This document shows, piece by piece, positions 23,533 through 37,700 of a DNA stretch of 64,000 nt. The stretch's first letter is position 1, and the number at the start of each line of letters is the position of its first letter. The stretch covers positions 8,628,581 to 8,692,580 of the forward strand of contig OZ037767.1 of the NCBI GenBank assembly GCA_964035545.1, read 5' to 3'. The notes beneath the pieces are model-generated. The model did no database searches and had not been told where the DNA came from. It saw only the letters and a list, made by a program, of their open reading frames with translations. This DNA comes from Bugula neritina. Lineage: Eukaryota; Animalia; Bryozoa. Both the position numbers and the translations under genes were made by a program.

Positions 23533-26500
23533 TTATAAGAAAGTGTTAGTAAGAGTCCCTACATTCTGTAAGTCAATTGTAACTGTGTCTCCAGATTGTA
23601 TGTATTTTGGTGGATTGAAACCCATTCCAGTGCCCCCTGGTGTCCCAGTCAGTATAATATCTCCAGGTGATAGAGTAAACAACCTACCAAGTTAGAAAAC
23701 ATGAAGTAGAAAGCAGATAACGCTAGAGAAAAAAAGACAATAAAGTTGTAAATCTTACAGCAAACGACTTTATTTTGCTGATAAAACAGTAGCAATATAA
23801 AGGAGTTTATTCCTGAACATTTAAGGTTGCTGAGGAAAGACAACTTACCCTGACAAGTAAGATATTAGTTGTGGAATTCTAAATACTAGTTGATCAGTGT
23901 TACTTTTCTGTCTCACTTCCCCATTCACTTTAGTGGATATGTTCAGGTTGTGTACATCTTCAATCTCGTCCTGAAATTCATAAACTTATCCATCAAGTTG
24001 GGTTTTATTAACTTTTCACTTTAAACATTGCTGAACTGAAAACACATTAAAAAAACTTGGTAAATTGCGAAAATTGTGTCAAAAAAGATCTAGTTTTTTC
24101 TGAAACTCTAAGCAGTCTAAGATCTAAACTGTGTGAAATCAAATCTCTGTAATCCCCAAAAGAAACTAAAACTATTTACCTTAGTTACAATGTCGCTGAA
24201 TAAAGGGCAGAATTTGTCCATAGATTTGGCTAATAAGAACTGACCACCATTTTTAGTAGCACTGACCATGTCACGGGCTGTAAGATCATTGGCTACGGTG
24301 TACCCAAACACATGCTCCATAGCATCAACTTCCTGTATTATTAACTTGCAGTTGTGTTATCTCATAGTATACAAGGTATAACTGATAATTCAGAGAGTTC
24401 ATGACTGCAGGTTAAATATTTCCTATCACATGGTTGCTGTGTTTGTAGAGCTATAAAAACTGGCAGACTAGAAGGAGCTTGCAAAAAATGAAGCTTTACT
24501 GCCAAAGAAAAGATTGAAATAAATGTAGTCAAGATATAAACATGCTTAGATAAAACAATACCTTTACATTTCTTCCTTCTTTAGATATAACAACCACCAG
24601 TTCACACTCATAGTCTAACCCCTGAAAGTTTACAGAAACTAGACATAATGTGTCAAAAGTGACATCTGATGATACACAAAACTTCACTATATACTGAGTA
24701 GCACATGCACAACTCTGGTCTTTGCGACATATTGTCTAAACAAACTGTAGACACCATGAACAGGTGCACTTGTTAGTTTAAAATTTTCTGCAGTATTAGC
24801 CAACAACTTGCATACACAACTCAAATAATTGAGGTTCTACAGCTAAAGATTAAGAGATGAAACAATCCATGACTCTGTGCTATGCTTTGAACTAGAGTTT
24901 GAAGTTGGACTAATATTTTTATAGTAACTTTGATATTTATCAACTTTAATGCATATAAATAAGTCTCATAAGACAAGTTTTGAAACAGTTTCATGGAGAT
25001 TTCTTCCTTTTCTTAGGAACGAAAAACATGAAACTATAGAAAAATCAAAATTTGACTCACTATAATTTATAATGCTGGAAATTTGTTTCAACCAATTATA
25101 AAACATAAAAAATACAAGTTAAATGGTGGTATGTTCAATTTTTTTTTTAAAAATCACTTTCTAAGATATTTTCAAGCAACAATGCTTTCTTATCAACTAT
25201 TTATTTTTTCACATACTTCAATTGCATATTGACACTTTTAAATTTCATTAATGATGTGTTTCATTATGTTAAAACTACTTAGTTGATTGTATTTACAGCT
25301 TACAGTACCTTATCTCTGAAAACAAAAGCGACTTTAAATGATCCAATAAAAATAAACATCACTTAAAGTTATCCAATGTGACGCAAGCTAGTAAATCTCA
25401 TGTACTTTGTCACAACACCCACCTTGGTAGCTGACGGTATCTGAATATCTCCAGAGCCAGTAACACAGCTGGAAAACTTACTAAAGACGAGAGGTTCTGT
25501 TGGCAGAGGCTTTCCCACCTCCTCACAATGATCTTTGTAGTTCAAGCCAATTCCTATAATCTAAAATTTTCATACATTACAGTCTCCAGTAGTTGGACAG
25601 ATGAACATAGATTTTAGGCTCAGACTGAAATTGACCTTCAGAATGTCGCAAAAGAATAAAACTAACAATAATTAATATATTAAGAGTAAAATAATCATAG
25701 TGATTGAGTAATACCATATAACATAGGCAGCACTTTACCTTTCCTGGGTTGGTGATTGAAGGATGCAGCGTAACATCATCAACAGATATTCTACTGGCTG
25801 TGGACTGCAAGCATCTGAAATTTAAGCAATGGCCAGTCATAATCACTACTAAATATATAGTTATATGATTATATCATAATTGTTGTGAAGTCAGACATCA
25901 GGAATAGCATGTAGTTATTGTAATGTTAATATATTATATACCAGTATAAACTTTTTCATTTATAATACAATGCAATTGGTAAAAGTTATAAGAAATCTGC
26001 ATCTAGCATATCAAGCTCATCAGCCTAAATCTTGAGCAAGTTACAAAGAACAATTTTAAAAGCAACAACTAATACTATTAGGCTTAGCATTAACTCCAAT
26101 CTTTAGTTCAAATTTATGCTACTTTATTTGTCTAGTATTTTGCAAGCTATTAAATTTAATATTATATTTACAGTTAGAAAACATAGATAAAAAGCAATGT
26201 TGAACTCCAGCTTAGTTTTAGCTTTTTCACTACTACTTTAAAAATTGATTTTAATTAAATGAATTATTATTGATTATATTAGTATTTATTGGTGATAAAA
26301 TATTTAATTCATTGTGATTAACTTCAAGTATTTTATATTTTATAACTAATAGAACCTGGCAGCCTCGGTCAGCAACTTGTTGTGGTCTAAACACAAAGCA
26401 GAGCAGACGTCTGTTGGTAAATCTGGAGAGAAATCATTCAGGTTTATAATATTTGAGTCGTCTACTCTCACTCCTATGCTGTGTCTACCGGCCTGACTGA

Positions 26501-26594
26501 ACTGTAGAATATGCATCTTCCTTCTGCACACTGAGTACGCACAACTGCTATCAGATAACAGCGAGGTTAGTTTAAACAGTAGGACCGCCCTCAT
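23533..26594 (-). CDS. FAHD2: FAHD2-like copy C (~312 aa)
   Basis: Exons 26594-26356, 25814-25739, 25560-25423, 24621-24562, 24332-24180, 23970-23849, 23683-23533. Intact GLNYKDHCEE, DYECEL, NDLTARD, TGTPGG. Presequence-like MRAVLLFKLTSLLSDSSCAYSVCRRK. Confidence 0.93.
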
Positions 26595-26664
26595 AACTAT
26601 TTCAGCTAATCATACCATTATGATTGTGAACTATATATAACTTAGTATATACAATTATTTTTAT

Positions 26665-26815
26665 CTCGTCAGTGAAACTAACACCGTGGCTACTATTTGC
26701 CGTTATCAAAAGGACAAATTTACCCACATGACCGTCACGTGATACGTTACCGCCGACACATCAAGGCGCATGTATTATTAGATCAATCGAACCCACCCAG
26801 CAGCCGCTATAAGAA
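26665..26815. promoter_or_regulatory. Probable promoter of FAHD2-C: locally CpG-rich with adjacent E-boxes
   Basis: CACATGAC (26725-26732) and GTCACGTGAT (26734-26743), about 140 bp upstream of the ATG, in a CpG-enriched patch. Confidence 0.45.
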
Positions 26816-28150
26816 ATCACAATTACCATTTGAAAGCTCATTACTTCTACCTGCACATTTATTTTCTTTGGCATATTATTCTGAGAAATAATGGTAAGCT
26901 GTTACTTTGCAGCTGCTGATATCTATGAGAATGGTCACCAACTACTAGCAAATCAAACCAGTAATACATATTTTTATTAAAATTCGATCACTGTTGAGCA
27001 AATCTACATACACATGGTTAGAAAACACTGGTAGCGTGGTTCAAAACAGATTGATAACTCCATTTATAATGTTAGAAAGTAGTACAATTTATTTGCTCAT
27101 TAATTCTATTCTCAGATTCACTTGCTAGTTTACAAGCAATAGAAAGTTTAGCCACAACTTTCCATTAAAATAGCTGCAATGTAATGTGCTAATCTTTCCC
27201 AGAAATGATGAAAAGTACAAATACCAACATTCATATATAGATTTACCAATGTAAATCTTATGATGAGATGTATGGCTATTGTATTCTCAATACAGTATAA
27301 CTGAACATTATTTTACTGTACCTAACGGCTGAGTATTGTCTACATTTAGTGTAATATTGTACTTATTTCCTATTTATTTCCTATTATTTTTGTTTGGGTG
27401 TTTATTTTCTACTCTTGAGTAAAATATTATAAACCAGTATCTTTGTGATAGAAGTTAAAGGTTGTTTCTTAAGAGTTATCTACAATTTAGATATATTGAT
27501 ATATTATATTGCAGATATATATCATGGCATATCACTGTGATGGTATTTTGTAGATTTTGTATCATTGAAATGTTTTAACCACAGAGTTTACATTCAGTAT
27601 AATCAGAAACATAAATCACAACAACCTATGACTGCTTGTTGCTAAGTAAACACCATAAGAGAAGTATTTCCAGTACAATTATTGATTATTAATAAACAAC
27701 AACAGGTAATATGTAAAAACTTAATGTACAACATTTCTGCAGAGAAATAAGGTCTGATATTAGACATGATGACTGCTATAAGTTGTTAAAAGCTTGAACA
27801 CACACAGAGGATAAAAATATACATAGTGTTGTTATTACATATTTTGTTTCTTCTGATTTCCAACACATAACATTGTATTTCAAGTTTGATGTATGCCAAA
27901 TAGATAAAAATCATCAAATGACTTTAAAAATTGTTCAGTTGCTGAAACCAATTGTGATGGGATAGAGGCTACTGAATACAACTCCCGAACCCTTCAACTT
28001 GCCCATTCTAAAATCCCTCATATAGATATAAATTAAGTACATGAATTTATCAACAGAAATAAAACCATCCATGCTTTGTATCAAACACGGTTTGACAAGG
28101 ATTGTGTGTAGTACAAGATGTGTCAATTGAATGAAAGTTTGTTACAGGAA

Positions 28151-28235
28151 AGTACCAAGTTTACTGCAGGAAATCACAGCTTCTCTGGTTACCATAGCAA
28201 CCATTATATGACTTATTTAGCTTTCCACTAAGGTA
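28151..28235 (+). pseudogene. Short degenerate duplicate of the TM1-coding segment of the nested membrane-protein gene
   Basis: agtaccaagtttactgcaggaaatca.agcttctct.gt.accatagcaaccattatat aligns to 33076-33160; contains a 1-nt deletion. Confidence 0.8.
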
Positions 28236-28722
28236 TAAAAATGCAATACTGATTGTTCTGAGCATCTTAGCAATTAAATACTTTTGGTTGCGACAAGTTG
28301 TTTCTAAAACTTTCCTCTGAAAATTTGCATCATTTTCAAGTGACTTACTTATGTTGCCCTTTAGTCATTGTGTGTCTCAACTGTCAACCAAAGAATGAAA
28401 AAAATCTTTAAGAATTACACAAATTATTGATTCGAAGCTTTTTTGAAAATGACATTTTAATTTTGATTTAGTTTTTATCATTTGCTGGATTGATTTCTTT
28501 ATTTCTTGGAGCTTCTTGTTTAAAAATGCTGGTACTGAGCATCAAACATAAAACATTGCAATTGAAGAATCGAAATGGTAAATAAATATTCATAAAATAT
28601 AAGATGTGACTTTGCATAGATGCACTATGAAACAACTTTCAAGCTAGTGATAACAATGAACAATCTACAAATAACACGTTTGTACATATTTATAGTAGCC
28701 ACCAATCTTAAGTTATTGTACA

Positions 28723-31700
28723 CTAAAAGTGCAAACATCCATAAAGATGGGATAACTCTGAACTATGAGTACTTTCTCCATTATCTGCAGAGTCTTGTTT
28801 ACGAAGTATGTGATTAACAGTCTCTACCAGAGAAAGGTATATGGGACTACTTCTGTCCTTTGGTTTACATATAGTGATGTGGTTGTCTTCCCTTAGCAAA
28901 ATATTCTCACCAACCTCTAGTTCTGAAACAGAAACAGCGCATGTTTGTATAAGATTAAAACACTAGTGAAATATTTTAATACATATTATTTTGAATTACA
29001 CAAGGGTAATGCGCTAAAAATACTCCGCACAAGACAATATTACACTTCTATGTAAATCTACACTGTAAGCAGGAGGTGATGATAACTCCAAACTCTAATG
29101 CAGGAACATTTTTAGTTTGTCATTGCAGTCAGTAACATGCAACATTATTATGCGACATAGATCATGGAATGTTACTAAACAGAAGGATGGATTCAATCTG
29201 TTTGCGTCATAGCTGCTGTTGACAGCGCATGTGGGTGGCACAATGTAAATCAGCAGTGGCTTTTATTTTCTCCATATTGATTATCAACAGTGAGAATAGA
29301 AGAGAATTCGCTGCTATATAATAAGAGCACTTAGGCCAAAGCAAAATATACCGATAATCAAACAATAAGTGCACAAAGGACTCTTGAATTACTTTTAGCA
29401 TTTCCAGATTAATTGAATATTTTAATTGAATGGATAAGTGATAGCAAATGATTAGTCTGAAAGACTGGAGGATATTTGCATTACCTATTGGCTGTCATAA
29501 AAAGTATATGCCCTCTCTAGAGTATTCAAATCAAGTTGTGTTATAAATAGACAGCATATCAACAGAGGAGATAGGTCACCTTAGTCACAGCAGCTCTGCT
29601 TACACTCAAGGGCACTGGCGGCAGCATATTGTAGCAGCGTAACTACAGTTGGCACAACCAAATAATAAAACTAGAACAGACATTGGTAAAGTACCGTTGC
29701 TACCATATTGGTTTGTTGCTACCGTATTACTTTACTGGACAAACTCAAGAGGTTTGAAAAGTGGTAAAAGCCTTTCCAGATTTCCTTCAGGAGACAGATG
29801 TAGTGAGATGGAGAGTAAAACTGCTGGTATGAGCGGAATTCAGAGAGTAAGCAGTAAACCAACCATTCGTAACAACACAAAAGACTCAGCCACTCACAAC
29901 GAGACTCTGTCTCCTACCACCACAGGTGAGTTCCTCCCAGAGTACTGTCACTGGTGTGCTAAATGGAGGCTAATATAATATACAGTACTACCTCCACATC
30001 TCATCAAGCTGTGGGTCACAAAATCTCCATTTGTGACAGTTGAATGTCAAAGTTAAATTTGGCCATTTTGTCCCATACACACATACAAAAGTCACAAAAT
30101 GGGGGCCCAAGCCCTATTCCTGGAGGTAGGTGCAGTAATGGAGAAATTGAGAAAAACTTGTGTTCTAGATTAGAAATGTAGTATAAGAAGTTATGTTCTC
30201 GCGAGAATTTCAACCAGCGCCCCAAACCAAAATTTAATAAAATTAAAGAACTTAGGCTACCCCAATTTCTCTACTATATAACTGCTCCTAAATGTTCTCG
30301 TGATCCATAGAGTTTCTTTCGTGAGGTATGGAGGAAGCACTGTATTTATATTCACTTGACACGGCAGCTTTCCTTTAGTGACTGCTGACTGAAAGAGTGG
30401 GTAGCTGTTACAGAACAATTTCCATTCACAAACTTGTCCAGTCAATCCCTATCAACTCAAAACTTGAGCATTTATATAAAACATGAAATATTTTCAATTT
30501 TTAACTAATTGTATATGTGATATGAAGAATCAAGGTTTAGCTAAATTTAGTAAATTTATAGGAAAGAAGGAGAATGTAGAGAGAAATAAAAAGCAGATAG
30601 ACCGTGCTGTATGGGCCAAAATAATGAGCTTTCTTACAAATATTATGTACATCACGTTAATGTTTTATTGCATATATGAAAATAATTCAACCCTGCTAAT
30701 TTAGGACAATTGCAACATGCACCAACAACCATTATATTCCAGTATTTAATTGGCACTATTAATGAAATATTTTAGTTGAATGGACAGCCAGTAGTCAATT
30801 ATAATTTTCCCAAGTTTAAGATAAAGTGCAGTGAGCCAAAAAGTTATCCAAACATTTCAACTTTAAATTGAATACTAATACACTATGCTGCTATTGCTTA
30901 TAGCTATTGCTCTGTTTGTATAACCAACAGTTTGTTATAAGTTGGGTTGAGATGCAAGGGAAGGACAAATGTGATAGTCCTGGTCAACTAACAAAGCACT
31001 GAGCAGCAGTCGCAACTGCATCATAAATGCATGTTTTACTTCACTATAAGCAATATAAAAACTAGTTGGCATATAGACAGCTGGCTTTGGAAACCAGGAA
31101 AGCATAATTTTGTTTCACAACTAACAGTTTTGATCCCAACTCTGAAAATAAAACTTTATAAGTGTGTGTTACTACCAGTGGTCAAAGTTGGGGGGGGTTT
31201 GAAAGTCCCCAACTATTTTCTCCAAAATTTACCACAGGCTACCATCACATTTCGAAACTCTAACTTGTCTCAGTATAAACAATCATTGTTTGGTTTCTTT
31301 GCATGTTACTCTCAGTTTGCACAAATGCAAATAGATTAGTAAGTACTTGAACTTGAACACTGCTATATACATTACATGCTCATACATTACAACTCTGCAC
31401 AAATCAAGTATCCTCAATTCTATTTGTGTTCATTGGTTTCTATTCGAAGTCAAAAATTGCTACATGAAGCACTCACTTTCTGAATTCTATGCAATAATTA
31501 ATAATTACAAATGAGCAATACCAAAACATATCAGCATTGTTAGTTTACAGTGGTTGAGTTTGACTTCACCAATCAATACGATCTGATTTGTTGAACATAG
31601 AATTAGCCTGAAACAATGGTTTCCTAGAAATATAACTAACCAGAACAAATAGATAATACAAGGGATATTTACTCATGTTATTGGACTTGTAAGGATTAAT

Positions 31701-34700
31701 TAGCCGCGTATATAATAATTGCTAAGCCAAATTATAACAACTAGTAATTAGAATTGCATTTGGGATACTCCTTGCATACACTATGGCCATAAGTTGGGGA
31801 GAAAACAAATTTACTTAAATTGTAATTCAAGTGGACAAAGTACAAAAGATAGTAAGTAAATAATAAATAATAATACACATAGGGAATGTATGCATTTTTT
31901 ATTTCATACTTAAAAAATTTTTCTCAGTATGACTATTGGATATTGGATTAGTTTCATATAGTTGCTGCAAGTGAGTGGGTGGGAGTTATCCCATTCTAGT
32001 TGAGATATGTTGTCATGAGTGACACCTACATGCGAGGGCGACATAGCTTGGAGTGTGTCTTGTTTCATTGTACAAATTTTATCAATATTTTACTTTTAGA
32101 AGTGAAAATCAATAGGAATAAGTTAACTAGACTTGTATAAAGGGTGTCAGATTCCCCTATAGTAGATTTTGACCAATAAAGTTTCTTCACATGTATTTCT
32201 ACTTTATGGCATTTCACCTGTCATAAATAACACTAAAACTTTAAAATATATTGACCTTGTCATCAAAAAAGACACTCATCAGATTATAATTGTTATATAA
32301 TTTGAGAGATGGGAGAGGCATATTAATAACTTTGATGTATGTTGGATGATAAACTCATAAAATTATCATAAACTTCATCAACTAACAAACTATAAATACA
32401 TCTTCAGGTTCATAGTTACAGAAACAAGTAAAAGCAAATGAGACTTCTTAAGATTTATTAAAGTTTATTGCCACAGCTACTTATATATATGTAATATGTA
32501 TAATGAATACATTTGAATAAATTCTAAGATATTCATTGAGTAAAATTAAAATAACACTAAATTTCTGAATAAATAGTTCATTGGCAGAAACTCTAAGCAG
32601 CGTAGGAGGCAGCATCTACTAACTCTTGTAGTGAATCAAGGGGGGGGGGGGGGTTTAGTATCCATTCACTATTTTAGTATGTCAAGTAGTACTAATTCTA
32701 TTATAAAACAGGGGTAGTTACCCATGTAATGTTTAGTCCAGTACCATAATAGAATTATGATGAATATAAACATTAGATACAGTGGAGTAGGTTGTGATTG
32801 TAGGTGGAGAAAAGCGGCAAGAGTACAGCATAGCGCAGATCTACGTACAGAGTGAGGACAGGACAGAGGAAGAGCACAGCGGACATAATAATCCTGAAGA
32901 TCAGGCGTACGATAACCTTGGGCAAGAGTTTTCCATGCAAGAGGAGATAACTAACTCATCTGAAGAACTGAAAAGAGAAATTTCTGAGGATGACTCTATT
33001 AATGATTATGCATACAAGAGTGTTTGCCATTTCTACAGAAAACAACTCTTTGATGACACGACCAGTTGCAACAGAGTACCAAGTTTACTGCAGGAAATCA
33101 TAGCTTCTCTCGTCACCATAGCAACCATTATATTCGCATATTTAGCTTTCCATGAGGTGATATTTGAAGCTACTGGGGTGCAGTATAAAGATTTCCAAAA
33201 GGATGAAGAACAGGATATTAGCTCATTCTCTAACTTGATGAACTATAAAATTATACACATCTACAAAGAGCCTGTCTTTCTAAACTGGAGGAACTTTGCA
33301 TATCTGGGGCTAAGTTTGACAATACTGGAAATTCTTGCACCAGTACTACGGTTCATTGTGGTTATAAACCGAGCCCCAAAAAGGATCAACACACTGCACA
33401 CGCTGGTACAGATCACACAGCTAACTTGTCTTATACTGGAAGATGGTGCCATCTCACTGTGTAAGAACATGCTGTTTGCGGAGGAGTGTGGCATACGTCA
33501 GCCAATGATGTCTCCGATAAGTCAAATATCTGCCTCCCTATCACTAGTAAATACTGTGATTAAGACAGCATTGTTTGTTTGGAGATCGAGTTATAGAACC
33601 CAAAGAGCAATAAGAGATGAAATGGAGGCGTACACAGAGATTCTGATATTAGAAGACTATCAGTGGTATCACTGCATACTCCCTATACTGGCTCACATAA
33701 CTATAGTCTGTATTAGTATTTGGTCATTAGTCATCTCAACCGACCCCAACCTTCTCTGTGACGAGAGCTGACTCAACTCACACTGTACCAACATGACTAA
33801 ATAGTTGACAGTTGAAGATTACAATATTCTGCTGAAATTGTTACAGCAGAAGACAACTACCATTGCTATGAGGTACAACACATTCTATGCTCTTATTCCA
33901 CATTGCCTGGTGCAAAGGTTCAACTGACTGCACACACAGCTTCTGCATAATAACTCTGTATGTTATACTGTATACTGTATTATTACTTTCAGCAACAGGT
34001 GAATATTAACATTATATAATGAATGTTGTAGAGAAACTGGAAAATCTCTACTATATAGTCACTAACTAACCAGTGTATATTGTGTCAATTGCTCTCACTC
34101 GTATTACACTGACACATCAGAATATTTTGTAGATATGCTCTTTTGTAATTTTTGATGACTTTTATTTAAAAAAATTCTGGTACACGCGGCTTAATGTTTG
34201 GTCTCTTTCATAGCAGGCAATGCATATCAGGATTTCATGTCTGAGTAGAAGTTAAACACATCGAATATTTGGTCCGGATACTGAATAAAACATACAATAT
34301 TTAGAACATCACGCTTGGCTATTGGTTTTCTGATAATGCACATTTACACGTTACATTAGTCTACACAAATTATTATATGGTTGAGACAGCGGCCACTGTA
34401 ACTATTACATACCTGAGTTACCATGAGTTGCTGACATGAGTCATCATACATAAGTGTGCTGCCTACTTTAGCATAAACTAAACTAAACAGAAAGACCGTA
34501 ACCGAAAATTGAATAACTAAGAATTAGCCTAGAATTTCTTCATTAATGGTGAAGAAGTTAAGTGTTAATCATATTATTATTGCAAATACTCCTTACAACT
34601 ATCAATTCATTGTTTTGAAGTAATAAGAAGAAATTGAAATAAGGCCTGTGAGCTCACATAATGTGAAGTTAATGGCTGGAACAATTTCACAAATTCAAGA

Positions 34701-37700
34701 GATCTCAGACTAAATTGTTCTCTTTCTACCTGCCTGTTAAATACTCTGATACTAGTAGTTAGTGAGAGAAATTACATGATACCACTCCTGCACTGATGGT
34801 TGCTAGGATACCAGTAAATCTTCAAAGTCTATCCAGAAACAAACCCAACTGATCAAGGTAACACATCAGAAGCATAATGGGAACCCAATGATATGGTAAT
34901 CTCACCGCGCATGTCTACAGCAATGTTTGCCAGGAGAAATTAGCTTTGCCTGCTGAATCTGAGACATGCTTTAGCCTGTGACCCATGGTTCACACTTCAC
35001 ATATCAAGCCGACAGGATCTAGGTCAAACTCGGTAATCAAGGTGAAAGGTTAAAGGCTTTAAGCTGTACTAGTTTCAAAATTTCTGCTTTTCTAACACAA
35101 ACATCTAATGTGAAATCTAAATGCTGAAGTGAAGTGACACTAAAGCAGTTGCTACATCTTTTCGCATGCAGCCATACAAATATACTCATCTTACAGGGTA
35201 CTGCATGGTTAGCCCCAGGTGTCTATCAGCAACAACATATTAACCTGCAGCAACACAATACTTGTTAAATTGAAGTCAACTCCCTAGACAATACCTGCGT
35301 AGTCTGATACAGCACCAATTAACCAGCAACTAATTACTTTCACTTAATTGTAGGTCAGGTTTAATTAGACATTGTTTACATGTTACCATCTTCAATACCA
35401 GCTGCCAGCGTACCATGTACCACAGCATTGATTGGCTGATGCTAAACTAAGTTTGAGGTGAATAGACGAACTGACTCGAGACCAAACTTTAACCTCTATT
35501 TATGTCTCCAACTGACTGCAGTGAACTGAGATTAGTACATGGAAACTGTGTATCTGCGTCATTCACGGGCTTTCCATGTACCGATCTGAGAAATGTACTC
35601 AGATCGATCGTTTTTCCATGAGAGTGTCAGATCGATCTCGCGAAGTTGCCTCCTCTTAAGTGAAGGATACTTAAAAAATATATTTTGTTTACCTAATTGA
35701 GTGATTAAAGCTACTACTGTTGAAAAAAAGATGGTCGTAGTCTAAAATTTAATCCCAGCTATAAAATATACGCAGCAAAGCTTTCAGGGTACACTAATTT
35801 GGCCAATTTAAAATAATTAATTTTAATTTTTTAGCTAGACAGCTTATATAAAATTAATGGCTGTCTTGCAGATTATTAATAAACTTACAGGACTGTTGGG
35901 CTTAAAATTACAAAGAAAATAGCTAATGAAACTAAGTTTTAATAGTCATTTAAATTCAATTTAAATTCTCCCATTTTTTTTGCCTTCTACTGCATATAAT
36001 TGAGTTTTCTTAATCATTGTACTGAAAGTCAAAGTTTTGGCATCTGAAAAGGTGGCTATCATAATTATTTAATACTTTGCTTAGTAATTATCAACAAGTT
36101 ATCATTTTTATTAGCAGACAACATTGTAGCGAGCAGTCTTTTTCTACTTCTCAGATCGATCTGGCGTCTTTCCATGGTCTTATTGACATGAGATCGATCT
36201 GAGTTCGAGCTCCACAGACCGACCAGCTCAGAACGACGGAGATCGATCTTTGGCGTCTTTCCATGGATCGATCTCGCCGAGATCGGTACATGGAAAGCCG
36301 GTGATTGTGTCTATATTGTAAGTTGCTAGAAGAATCATCAAGTTAATGATCACCAAGTGCAGTAGTCCGGTTAGAGTTGGAATTTGGTTTAAAACCCTAA
36401 ACCCTAACTCGTTACGTCAAACTACTGCACTCAGTGACCAACGACCCGGTGCTGCTTCAAGAAAATTTCCTCTATATTCAACTGACAATTGCGTTGAGAG
36501 TCCTACTATATATTAGTGTGGTCACCTATACTGCAACGGCTGCTTCAGAAATTGCAAATGTCAGCTACAATACAATTGGCTGAACTGGTGATGAATGAAC
36601 AGTGTATCCGTGAGTTAGATTGGATGATGAAAATGTATAGTACCTATTACCCTAGCAATGTGGAGTAGCTGTAAGATGGTACAGTAACAGACTAGTAGAA
36701 GAGAAGTTTAGTGAATTCATATTCTGTATACAACAGAACTGTACCAGCACAGTTCAATGTAGAGTTTAGTGAAAGTAACCCTCTCTATGAAACAAATACT
36801 AGAATATATAATAAGATCTACTATCAAGTAGATACTCTGCAGATGGGCAGTGTTTACCCTGAGGGAAACTATCGATTGAATATCACAGAATAAATCAGGA
36901 AACATACAACAATCAAATCTTATCACAATGTCTTCAACATTACATTATATATACCTATACATATAATCTTGTTTTAGTGAAGGTTGCATCTCTGAGGAAT
37001 ACTGCATCAGTTTGTGAGAGTGAAAATTGCTAGAATATAGTGTTTACAGCCTATGCATGCCCATCACGTGTGAAATGTATAAAACATTTACTAAACCCAC
37101 ACATCTCCTGTTAAAAAATTCTACTTTCACTGTTGGCATTGTGTTTACCTCTAAAGCTTTGTGGGAAATCGGGCTTATAATATAAACAGTTTCTGAAAAC
37201 TGCAATTCATAGAGCAGAATTGCATGAAAAGCAAACAACCCTGCTTTATAATTGTTTTTTTAATTGCCTACTCTTGAGTATTGAGCATTCTATAATTGAG
37301 AAATGTTGAGTTATTTTTAACTTTTACAAATATTTGTCTTTCTTTTGTTGAGTGCATGTTAGCTAGATTTCCAATCAACACACACATGTAATATCAAATG
37401 TTGAGGAACATAACTTGGCAGTGTCTTTCAGTCATTAAAAAGTGCTTTCTCCCCCCCACCCCGTTGCAGATTTCTTTGATTTTATCAATACGGCACCCAG
37501 GGTAGGAGTTATGCCCCCACACACATTCACAGATACCACAACTCTTTCAGTAGAAAATGAGTTGTGGTATCCAAGTATAAGATATACAATAGTAAAGTCC
37601 TTCAAGCAACCAAAAACTACTGCTTACTAAGAAAACACTAGGTATGTAAAATATGACAGATTGCATAGAGTTATCTGCCCTCTACACTCACCATACTAAC

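Noticed and set aside
9064-26594. Bacterial horizontal transfer of FAH-family genes
   Set aside because: Six spliceosomal introns at shared positions and an animal FAHD2-type N-terminal domain.
29649-29807. N-terminal part of ORF 29649-29978
   Set aside because: Starts at a non-ATG codon and spans a probable 5' UTR intron (29686-29790); the ATG at 29808 is more plausible.
32640-32653. Poly-G tracts (also about 46059-46072 and 49815-49824) as functional G-quadruplexes
   Set aside because: Isolated intronic homopolymers with no supporting context.
36711-36926. Second nested gene (overlapping short ORFs)
   Set aside because: Only 60-69 codons, no motif and no convincing exon chain.
37044-37238. 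Candidate last exon of SERAC1
   Set aside because: Phase-compatible but has no similarity to the SERAC1 C-terminus; the exon at 28922-28723 carries the expected NHxxICKP motif.
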